Below, one piece after another: positions 24,628-32,807 of a stretch of 64,000 nucleotides of DNA (the stretch's first letter is position 1; each line of letters starts with the position of its first letter). Source of the stretch: a virus (Duplodnaviria > Caudoviricetes); the IMG/VR virus record IMGVR_UViG_3300017778_007984, positions 4,594 through 68,593 of that record. One strand, 5' to 3'. Under the pieces are notes generated by a model. It made no database searches. It had not been told where the DNA came from and saw nothing but the letters and a program-made list of their open reading frames with translations. The translations under genes were made by a program, and so were the position numbers.

Positions 24628-26463
24628 ATGGGAGCATTATTAGAAAGTGGTCTAGTTGGTAATATCGGTCTTAAGCACCTTAAAGTTATCAAAGAAGACA
24701 CAATTAACAAATGGGACAAGTTAGGTTTCCTTGACGGGCTTAACGGACACCTAAAAGAAAATATCGCGCAGTTGTATGAAAACCAAGCGTCATATTTGAT
24801 TAACGAAGCAGCTTCAACTGCAGATACCGGTTCATTCGAAACTGTTGTATTCCCAATTGTACGAAGAGTATTCTCTAAGCTTTTGGCTAACGACATCGTT
24901 TCAGTACAAGCAATGAATCTTCCTATCGGTAAGTTGTTCTACTTTGTACCAAACATTCAGTCTTATCAATCAGGAAATTTAAATCAGCACTTTGCACCTT
25001 TTGGGGCACCCAATGCAAATGCGGACCAAACTCCAAGTTCTGGTTACGACTATAACACACAAAAAGACCTTTACGATAGATTCTACGAAGGTAATGAACC
25101 CGCTTTAGACCCTCCAGGTCTTTACGACTACTCTAAAGGTTCATTTTCTGCTTTAACTCCAGGTTTTACTACTAGTTCAGACGGTGTTAACCCAATCGCT
25201 GGTGGTGTTAAAACTGTAGTTTGGGTTGCTGACCAATTAACGGTTTCTGGTTATGGTCTTAGTAACTACAGAAAAGTTCTAATTGAATTGAATGGCTTTG
25301 CATCTGCTGGTGCTGGTCAATTGATTGGTCCAAACGGTCAACCAATGGATACTGAAGAATTCTTAACTGACCTTCAAGTTCGTGGTGCTTCTGGAAACAC
25401 AACAACTTCAGCTAACATAGCTAACAATTACTTGTTCAGAGTTGTAACTCAAAAATACGGTAAGGGTATTGTACAATATGGTGAAAATGAAACTTTAGCT
25501 TTTCCTCAAAGTAGGACTGGTGGCGGTGGATACTACGATACTTGTACTGCAGATGGTAAAATTTACCTTGAAGTTGATTTACAAGTTCCTGTATGTATTT
25601 CTTGTGGAGATTCTTCACTTGATGGATATACGGGCTCAACATTCTCTTCTTCAACCGCTAACAACAACGCATTCTTGGCAACTTATAGAATCTATAAGAG
25701 TCTTGAATTTGAAGATAAAATTGGTGAAGTTTCATTTGACCTTCAGTCTGTGACTGTTTCGGTTACTGAAAGAAAACTTAGAGCTCAATGGTCTCCAGAA
25801 ATGGCGCAAGACGTTGCAGCATTCCACAACATTGACGCTGAAGCTGAATTGACAGCTTTGTTGTCTGAGCAAGTGGCTGCTGAAATCGACCGCGAAATCT
25901 TAAGGGACTTGAGAAAAGCTGCATCTTGGAACCTTCGTTGGGACTACAACGGATGGAAGAGATTTAACGCTGGTACAACTCCTTACACTCAGAAGGACTG
26001 GAACCAAACTCTTATCACTGCAATCAACCAAATTTCAGCTCAAATCCACAAGTCTACTCTTAGAGGAGGCGCAAACTGGATTGTTGTATCTTCTGAGGTT
26101 TCTGCAATCTTTGATGACTTGGAGTACTTCCACGTATCAAACGCAGCTCCTGAGCAAGACCAATATAACATGGGTATTGAGAGAGTTGGAACATTAGCTG
26201 GTAGATACCAGGTTTACCGTGACCCTTACTTCCCTGCAAACCAGGTGTTGTTAGGACACAAAGGTACTTCATTATTGGATACCGGATACATCTACGCTCC
26301 ATATGTACCTTTACAACTCACTCCAACAATGTACAACCCATTCAACTTTACACCTATCAAGGGTATCATGACCAGATACGCTAAGAAAGTTGTAAATAAC
26401 AGGTTCTATGGTAGAATTACAGTTGATGGTGTTAGAACATTCGACTTGAGAGAATTGAGATAA
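24628..26463 (+). CDS. Major capsid protein (T4 gp23 family)
   Basis: IVSVQAMNLPIGKLFY, RKLRAQWSPEMAQD..AFHNIDAEAEL..LLSEQVAAEIDREIL, GYIYAPYVPL, FTPIKGIMTRY. Confidence 0.96.
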   Translation: MGALLESGLVGNIGLKHLKVIKEDTINKWDKLGFLDGLNGHLKENIAQLYENQASYLINEAASTADTGSFETVVFPIVRRVFSKLLANDIVSVQAMNLPIGKLFYFVPNIQSYQSGNLNQHFAPFGAPNANADQTPSSGYDYNTQKDLYDRFYEGNEPALDPPGLYDYSKGSFSALTPGFTTSSDGVNPIAGGVKTVVWVADQLTVSGYGLSNYRKVLIELNGFASAGAGQLIGPNGQPMDTEEFLTDLQVRGASGNTTTSANIANNYLFRVVTQKYGKGIVQYGENETLAFPQSRTGGGGYYDTCTADGKIYLEVDLQVPVCISCGDSSLDGYTGSTFSSSTANNNAFLATYRIYKSLEFEDKIGEVSFDLQSVTVSVTERKLRAQWSPEMAQDVAAFHNIDAEAELTALLSEQVAAEIDREILRDLRKAASWNLRWDYNGWKRFNAGTTPYTQKDWNQTLITAINQISAQIHKSTLRGGANWIVVSSEVSAIFDDLEYFHVSNAAPEQDQYNMGIERVGTLAGRYQVYRDPYFPANQVLLGHKGTSLLDTGYIYAPYVPLQLTPTMYNPFNFTPIKGIMTRYAKKVVNNRFYGRITVDGVRTFDLRELR

Positions 26464-26483
26464 TATCTCGAATTTCAAAAAAG

Positions 26484-26509
26484 AAAGGGGACTTCGGTCC
26501 CCTTTTTTT
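26484..26509 (+). terminator. Major capsid protein terminator
   Basis: AAAGGGGAC-TTCG-GTCCCCTTT plus T tract. Confidence 0.85.
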
Positions 26510-26561
26510 ATTTCTATAAAAAACAATCGACATTTTGGACCAATCTTAAATATTTATTGAT

Positions 26562-27245
26562 ATGAAAAAATACAATCCTGATGAATCAACTGTTTTATTA
26601 ATTACCAAACTTTATGTTACCGAAAAAATGAGTTCTATTGCAATTTCGGAAAAATTAAAATTAAGTAAGCAGGTAATTCTTAGAATATTGAGAGAAAATA
26701 ATGTAAAGATTAACAAATCTGGGAGAAAATTTTTGGGTGGTAAAAAAATAGCCTCTAAAAAATATGAACAAAAAAAAGAAACAAAAATTAAAAGAAAATT
26801 ATATTATGAATATTGGTATGAAGAAAATAAAAGTTATCGAAAAAAATATTTGAAAGAATACCAAGAAAAAAATCTTGACAAAATCAAAATTTTAAGACGA
26901 AATTATGAACGAGATAAGAGAAGAATTGACCCAATATATCGTATGATGCATAATTTTAGAACCGCAATGTATCAAGTTTTGAAAGAAAAAAATGTAGAAA
27001 AAAATAAAAGATATTTTCAAGTGCTCAATTATAGTCCAGAAGAGTTAATTCTACATTTAGAGAAATTATTTAAGGAAAGCATGACTTGGGAAAACTATGG
27101 AAAATGGCATATTGACCATATAAAACCTATATCTGCTCACAATATCTGTGAAATGGAGGACGAAGAATTTATGAAATGTTGGTCTTTAAAAAATTTACAA
27201 CCTTTGTGGGCTCAAGAAAATCTATCAAAATCTAACAAACTATAA
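26562..27245 (+). CDS. Free-standing HNH homing endonuclease with N-terminal HTH
   Basis: GKWHIDHIKP...CWSLKNLQPLWAQENLSKSNK; HTH-like SIAISEKLKLSKQVILRIL. Confidence 0.85.
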   Translation: MKKYNPDESTVLLITKLYVTEKMSSIAISEKLKLSKQVILRILRENNVKINKSGRKFLGGKKIASKKYEQKKETKIKRKLYYEYWYEENKSYRKKYLKEYQEKNLDKIKILRRNYERDKRRIDPIYRMMHNFRTAMYQVLKEKNVEKNKRYFQVLNYSPEELILHLEKLFKESMTWENYGKWHIDHIKPISAHNICEMEDEEFMKCWSLKNLQPLWAQENLSKSNKL

Positions 27246-27441
27246 TTTTTTATACCTTGGATTGCAATATTTGGGATTGTTTCCGTAATATAAACATCTA
27301 AGTTTACAAACTTTTGTTCTTATGTTTTCGTATTCATCACCATAGAATGGCTTGTGACCATTTCTTACGGCTTCTGTTAGTTTATATTCACCCTCAACAA
27401 TCCTTTTACTTATTTCTTACAGAAGCATCCTTAAAATGGAT

Positions 27442-27654
27442 TTATTTATCTTTAATAATTTTTAATCTGAGAGCTTTGGATAAAATTTCAGATTCACTTA
27501 AACTAAATATGCCGGAAGAGTAAGCTTTCTCGAGCGCAATTTGAATTATAAAGGTTGCTTGGTCTAAATTTAATTCATCTACTAATTTTTCATAATCTTC
27601 TGAACTTTGGATATTAATTCTGTCAAATAAAGGAAAGGGTACAAACTCTTGCAT
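27442..27654 (-). CDS. Small hypothetical protein
   Basis: Clean ORF divergent from 27687. Confidence 0.7.
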   Translation of the reverse strand: MQEFVPFPLFDRINIQSSEDYEKLVDELNLDQATFIIQIALEKAYSSGIFSLSESEILSKALRLKIIKDK

Positions 27655-27686
27655 AAAAATCTAAATATTTATTAAAATATAGGATT

Positions 27687-28319
27687 ATGAAAATAAAAAT
27701 CAACGAAAGTACCACATCATCGAGTGATGGTGTTTTTAAAGGTAAGTTAAATATTACTCCACGAGTTTGGAAGGATAAACAACTAATACCTTATACCGTT
27801 AAAGTTTCGGGTTATGTCAATAATGGAACTGCGTTTGATTCGTATGATGGTGAAATAAAGAAAACAAAACAAGAAATTACCAAAGATGAAAAACAAACAA
27901 AAACAAATGTTAAGAAAGTTGAAAATATGACAAGAAAAATTTTTAAAGAAGAAATTTTAAAAGAAGATTTAGCAGTTTGGTTTGGCACCAAGAAAAAACA
28001 TAAAGGTAGTAAACAACCTTCTGGTCCTTGGGTAAATATTTGCCGAAAAAAAGAAGGTGGCGGACATCCACCGTGTGGAAGGGCTGAAGGAGAATCAAAA
28101 GCATATCCAAAATGTAGAGCAGCTGGTGTTGCTGCAAAAATGACTGATGCTCAAAAAAAATCTGCTTGTGCGCAAAAAAGAGCAGCAGAAAAAAAGAATC
28201 CCAAGATAGGTAAGGGTAACAAACCTACCATGGTATCTTATAAGACAAAAAAGAAAAATGAAAGTCTTAGAGACCTAATAACACAAGTTCTTAGAGAATC
28301 TATTGTGAAGAATCTCTAG
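27687..28319 (+). CDS. Basic hypothetical protein with Cys module (WVNIC...PCGR...YPKCR)
   Basis: Leader MKIKINE; TATTTAT upstream. Confidence 0.75.
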   Translation: MKIKINESTTSSSDGVFKGKLNITPRVWKDKQLIPYTVKVSGYVNNGTAFDSYDGEIKKTKQEITKDEKQTKTNVKKVENMTRKIFKEEILKEDLAVWFGTKKKHKGSKQPSGPWVNICRKKEGGGHPPCGRAEGESKAYPKCRAAGVAAKMTDAQKKSACAQKRAAEKKNPKIGKGNKPTMVSYKTKKKNESLRDLITQVLRESIVKNL

Positions 28320-28635
28320 GCACCATATTAATAGTTATACTGTCATTTCCAGTTCTAATGGTATCAGGTTTTGCTTGTTCAGTGATTTTAATAACTTCTT
28401 TTTTTAATTTTGGAGTTTCAATAGCAAAAACTTTTTCAGTAGTTGTCTTTTTGGGGGTTATATTATCCAAAACAAATTCATTAGTATCTTTAATATATGG
28501 TATTGGATTTGATTCCCCTCCCACAAATATAACTGATAAGTTTTGTAGGTTTATTACAAATAATCCGATTATTAATCCAAAAGAAAGTAATATAACAAGA
28601 CCGGTATAGTATAGGAAGTGAAATGGATTTTTCAT
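28300..28635 (-). CDS. Membrane-anchored hypothetical protein
   Basis: N-terminal hydrophobic helix FLYYTGLVILLSFGLIIGLFVINL. Confidence 0.65.
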   Translation of the reverse strand: MKNPFHFLYYTGLVILLSFGLIIGLFVINLQNLSVIFVGGESNPIPYIKDTNEFVLDNITPKKTTTEKVFAIETPKLKKEVIKITEQAKPDTIRTGNDSITINMVPRDSSQ

Positions 28636-29036
28636 AGTTTATCTTTAACAATTTTTTGTAGGGAGGACTTAATGTTGGAAGTAATTTGATTTTCAAATTC
28701 TTCTCTACGTTTTTCAACTTCGTTATCGAACAATGAAATAATTTGATTCCAGGATTTATCATTCATGTGAACGTCGTAAGCGTAGACGTGATTGATAATT
28801 TTTACACGATGTGAATCTAGAATGATAAAAATTTCATTTTTTTCACTCCTAATATAGCGTTTACCACTAATGGGTGTTAAAAGCATAATCGAATCTGATT
28901 GATTAATAAACTTCTTGCATACGGCAATACAATCGCGTTCATAAACGGATTTTTCCTGTTCGGTGTTTAAATATCGAAAAAATTTTATCATCTGTTTCTG
29001 TATGAAACGACGAAAAGTGTGATTTGAGTTTTTCAT
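28632..29036 (-). CDS. Hypothetical protein
   Basis: Clean ORF; TATATTTG (-7-like) upstream. Confidence 0.7.
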   Translation of the reverse strand: MKNSNHTFRRFIQKQMIKFFRYLNTEQEKSVYERDCIAVCKKFINQSDSIMLLTPISGKRYIRSEKNEIFIILDSHRVKIINHVYAYDVHMNDKSWNQIISLFDNEVEKRREEFENQITSNIKSSLQKIVKDKL

Positions 29037-29078
29037 TACCTTTGTTTAAGGTAACAAATATACGTAAAATATTTTAAT

Positions 29079-29558
29079 CTAGCGATATGCTCCTGACGCA
29101 TATTTTTTCCCATCAAGTCCAGCTTTTGTTCCCTTGCAAACTTGAACAGCAAAACCATTCGCATACGCACTTGGAAATACGTCGTACCTCGCCTTAGCGG
29201 CAGCTTTACCCCTAGCACATAGTTTTGTACCAGTTTTTTTTCTACCTTCCATCACAGTAATATCATCCATCATCATGTCTTCATCGTCTTCCCCGTTAAT
29301 TTCATTCATCATGAAATCAAATACTTGGTCAAGATTTTCTTTGGCAACGGTAATATGGTCATCAGCCCAATCATGTCCATCATCCAAAATAGAATGGATT
29401 TGGTCATAGTCTAAGTCCAAAAGTAACTCTGCTTGTCTTTTCATTTGTTCTAAATTGCTAAAAAACATGTAACGATTATGTTCATGTTCAGCTTCTTTAA
29501 GAGCTTTAAGAACAATATTTTTTAAGTCTGCTTCTGATAGTTTGATTACTTTTTTCAT
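29079..29558 (-). CDS. Hypothetical protein with MKKxIxLxE leader and C-terminal Cys module
   Basis: MKKVIKLSEADLKNIVLKALKEAE; KLCARGKAAAKARYDVFPSAYANGFAVQVCKG. Confidence 0.75.
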   Translation of the reverse strand: MKKVIKLSEADLKNIVLKALKEAEHEHNRYMFFSNLEQMKRQAELLLDLDYDQIHSILDDGHDWADDHITVAKENLDQVFDFMMNEINGEDDEDMMMDDITVMEGRKKTGTKLCARGKAAAKARYDVFPSAYANGFAVQVCKGTKAGLDGKKYASGAYR

Positions 29559-31069
29559 TTTTTGTTGACGATTTGAAATCTTAATGTGTCTTTATAAATA
29601 TCTTTCTCACCACTTGTGTTCACTTTTATATCAACATAATATTCATTAGGAATCTTGTCTCTCATGTCAAACATAAAATAATACTCATTCGGTGTACGAT
29701 TGACAGATGTCCAATCTTGTACTTGAACTTCGGTGGTACCTTCCGTCACATAAACGCGATAGTAAACATCGACGTTTTCTAGTTGGTGTTGAGAAGTCCA
29801 TTCTTTTTTGACCACAACCCCCACTTTACGAATTTCTGTATTAAGAATTTTTTCATTTTGGAGAATACCATAAAAGCTAAATCCATATTTACTAGGTTCT
29901 TTAGATAGGCTTCCGATTTGTATTCCTGCGGAATAGTTCTGCAGAACGAATTGGTTTGTTGCGTTAGGAATTGATTGACCATTTATTGTAAGTCCTGTCC
30001 ACACATCGAAAAATAGACAAGGAACTGGTTGAGTGGTAAAAATATTTGGAACGGTCACCTCATATACCCCCCTTGTAACTTGGCAAGTTGTTAGGCCTGA
30101 CCCACCGGGGACAACGTCACCATTTTGGTCTTCGATGTTAACACCAGGTAGGTTGTCTAGATTTACAAAGTCCCCATTTTGATATACATAAAGGTAGAGT
30201 TTGTTAGTTTGGTTTTTCAAAAATACATTCCTGTCATCCTGAATAAGGTCGTTGTAATCGGTAAGCAGGTATGGCTGATAGAAGGTTTGGGTATATTTGC
30301 CAAAGAATCCTACGGAATATGCATCTGTTAGACCACTCAAATTTTCAATATCTGGTTTGTAAGCAATTCCGTATCCTGTGACACCGGTTATTGTTCCGTT
30401 AAGAACACCTGTTATTTCGTTGGTCATATCGAATTGAATATCTTCATTACCCAACTCAAAATGTTGTTCATCAATAATTGTAATTGACGAGTAGTTAAGA
30501 CCTGTTAGCCCTGTAAGGGTATTTTTGTTATCATATATGCCAGGCTGAGACCAGTTTGCTACTGTTGTTGTTTGGTACCAATTGGATGGTCGTAGTGAAA
30601 AACTCTTGTTATTGTATTGTTCGATAGCTGATAGGGACCCTGAAACCCCATTTACAGTTGTTCCAAAGTCATTATAATCATATCCAACACCTTCATCCCA
30701 TATTTGGGGAATACCTGTTTGCCCTGAGAACTTTGGTATCCTAAATAGTATAAGGTCAAAAGAGGTTGCTCTTTTTCTTCCGTTGTTCATATTGGTGTTT
30801 AGCAGGTCATCGTCAAATGATGATGTGTTTGTCATCATAAGAGTATGGGTAATGGCTGTGGTGCATCCTGTTGAGATGTATTTGTCCAAATACATTTCTC
30901 TTAAACCTTCTAGGTCTAACTCAAAGATAAAACGTGTGAATCCGAAATTTGGGGTGATAAGGTCAGAGCTACCAAAGTTAAGTTCCACCACTGGGTTTCT
31001 AGCGGTGTTGGTGTATAAATTTGAAAGAAGTGTATTGTTTCTATTGAAATACGACCGGTAAATTGACAT
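29555..31069 (-). CDS. Probable virion structural protein (beta-rich)
   Basis: T/G/N-rich composition, TATTTATA upstream, next to the gp5-like gene. Confidence 0.55.
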   Translation of the reverse strand: MSIYRSYFNRNNTLLSNLYTNTARNPVVELNFGSSDLITPNFGFTRFIFELDLEGLREMYLDKYISTGCTTAITHTLMMTNTSSFDDDLLNTNMNNGRKRATSFDLILFRIPKFSGQTGIPQIWDEGVGYDYNDFGTTVNGVSGSLSAIEQYNNKSFSLRPSNWYQTTTVANWSQPGIYDNKNTLTGLTGLNYSSITIIDEQHFELGNEDIQFDMTNEITGVLNGTITGVTGYGIAYKPDIENLSGLTDAYSVGFFGKYTQTFYQPYLLTDYNDLIQDDRNVFLKNQTNKLYLYVYQNGDFVNLDNLPGVNIEDQNGDVVPGGSGLTTCQVTRGVYEVTVPNIFTTQPVPCLFFDVWTGLTINGQSIPNATNQFVLQNYSAGIQIGSLSKEPSKYGFSFYGILQNEKILNTEIRKVGVVVKKEWTSQHQLENVDVYYRVYVTEGTTEVQVQDWTSVNRTPNEYYFMFDMRDKIPNEYYVDIKVNTSGEKDIYKDTLRFQIVNKK

Positions 31070-31090
31070 TATACTTTTTATTTATAAATA

Positions 31091-32590
31091 TCAATTCAAT
31101 CGAATATATTGATTCAACACCTTACTATAAGCATCATTTAGCTGTTGAATAAGGTTATCTACGCTTGAACCATCTTCTGTAATTGGAATTGGAGCTTCTC
31201 CGGGAAAGCCGTGAGTATGTGAAACAAGAAAACGAACAATCACATTTAGTAACTCTAGTAGTTCCTCTCCCCTTACAGCACTTGATGTATTTGGTTCTAT
31301 CTTCAGGGCAAAAGTCTGTTCATCTATCCCGTAAAGTGAATTACTGAAGTTTATTTTATTTTTACCTGGAATTTGTGAAAGCTGAGAAAGAAGATATATG
31401 TGCTGACCACCAAGTGCTGCATATGTTTCTGGTAGCGCGTTTGTTTCAACTTTCCTAAAACTTTTTGGTGTAATTTTAATTGGGTCACCAACTAACCCCT
31501 GTTGGTAAATTAATCCATAACCCCCAATTTTATCCGTTGCGTTGAGTTTAACCTTTGAGAACACACCCGTTAACGTTTGACGAACTTGATTAATTGATGT
31601 TGTTTGCATCAACTGATATGAATTATTGGATGGTCTGAAAAAGATTGGAAACCTTTCATCCAACACACTAAAGAGAACTGTGCCAGTTTTTGTTTTAAGC
31701 TCTGAGTTACAAGCTTGAATAAAGTTATTGATGTAAGCAATTGCATCTTGTAAACTCAACATAGAAAATGTCTGTGAAGCACGAATAAACTTATATTGCT
31801 CAACGTTTGAATCAACTTTTAAATTTTGTGAAGTTGTCAATGCATTGGGAAGTAATTTGAATAATCTCACACCTCCGTTAAACAAATTAAAACTATTTTC
31901 CGGATTACTTATCTCGTATTCCACCAAATAATTGACCTGCAGATTTTGTATTTTTAAATCGGCTTGTTTGATTGTGTCACCAATTGTGGTTTTGTTTTGG
32001 AACTTACTTAGCTGAATAAAAGCTCTATTTTTATTTCCTACCGGGTCTCTGTCGGATACTAACTCCCCATTATATTTTCCTGCACGAATGAGTGTCGTAT
32101 CTTGTTTTAATATTATGTCAGTGCTACCTCTTCCCATAACCGCAACATCCCCTGGGTCAGGAAACACACCATCAGGGTCGGGGTTCTTATAGGTTCCGTT
32201 GGGGTTCCGTAAATTTTTTGAACCAATAATCTGTACCCCCGAAATGTCGGTGTATTTTTGTGATTCGTTATAGTTTTCCTGAACAATATTTTGAATCCTA
32301 TTGAATGGCCCTTGGATATAATACGCATTAAGAAATTGCGTATTATTGGGCTCGTGATAATATATTTGAACAAGCTCATCGATTTTTGGAACAGACCAGA
32401 TATACAGGGGTAATAAAGAATTAAAAACAAATGGGTCTTTTTCTGTCCAATAATCTTGTGGACCAAATCCTTCATAACTTTTTTTTATTGCCCCAATATC
32501 ATCCGTAAGTAGATGAATTCTAACCCTACCCAAGTTTAGTGGGTCTTGGTTATCAACAACAACACCATAAAACCAAATCCTACCTTCCAT
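31091..32590 (-). CDS. Baseplate hub/spike protein with gp5-like N-terminal OB fold
   Basis: FYGVVVDNQDPLNLGRVRI...VPKIDELVQIYY pattern; SHTH near the C-terminus. Confidence 0.7.
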   Translation of the reverse strand: MEGRIWFYGVVVDNQDPLNLGRVRIHLLTDDIGAIKKSYEGFGPQDYWTEKDPFVFNSLLPLYIWSVPKIDELVQIYYHEPNNTQFLNAYYIQGPFNRIQNIVQENYNESQKYTDISGVQIIGSKNLRNPNGTYKNPDPDGVFPDPGDVAVMGRGSTDIILKQDTTLIRAGKYNGELVSDRDPVGNKNRAFIQLSKFQNKTTIGDTIKQADLKIQNLQVNYLVEYEISNPENSFNLFNGGVRLFKLLPNALTTSQNLKVDSNVEQYKFIRASQTFSMLSLQDAIAYINNFIQACNSELKTKTGTVLFSVLDERFPIFFRPSNNSYQLMQTTSINQVRQTLTGVFSKVKLNATDKIGGYGLIYQQGLVGDPIKITPKSFRKVETNALPETYAALGGQHIYLLSQLSQIPGKNKINFSNSLYGIDEQTFALKIEPNTSSAVRGEELLELLNVIVRFLVSHTHGFPGEAPIPITEDGSSVDNLIQQLNDAYSKVLNQYIRLN

Positions 32591-32807
32591 TTCTGTTTTG
32601 ATATTCTTTTAAAATTGTGTTATACAATTCTTCTACTTTATCTAGATATACTGTTAATCCCAAAATATTTTGTTTTGTGTTTTCAAACTCTTCTGCTAGT
32701 TTGTCCATGGTCTGTTCCAAACGATTATTTGGCACATTGGCAGCATCTTTAGCAACTTCCATAAAAACTTTAAATTCCTCTTGTGTCATATCATTTTCCT
32801 TTTGCAA
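32580..32807 (-). CDS. Small coiled-coil hypothetical protein
   Basis: Overlapping operon-like ORF. Confidence 0.65.
   Translation of the reverse strand: MQKENDMTQEEFKVFMEVAKDAANVPNNRLEQTMDKLAEEFENTKQNILGLTVYLDKVEELYNTILKEYQNRNGR

Noticed and set aside
16864-26463. Inteins or introns in terminase, portal or capsid genes
   Set aside because: The frames are uninterrupted, and no Cys...His-Asn intein boundaries or LAGLIDADG motifs were seen.
26562-27441. HNH plus downstream RNA as an IscB/HEARO RNA-guided system
   Set aside because: No RuvC or RRXRR motifs are visible; the protein looks like an ordinary HTH-HNH homing endonuclease.
27314-27523. Plus-strand 69-aa ORF from the track
   Set aside because: It overlaps the convergent gene 27442-27654 and has atypical composition.
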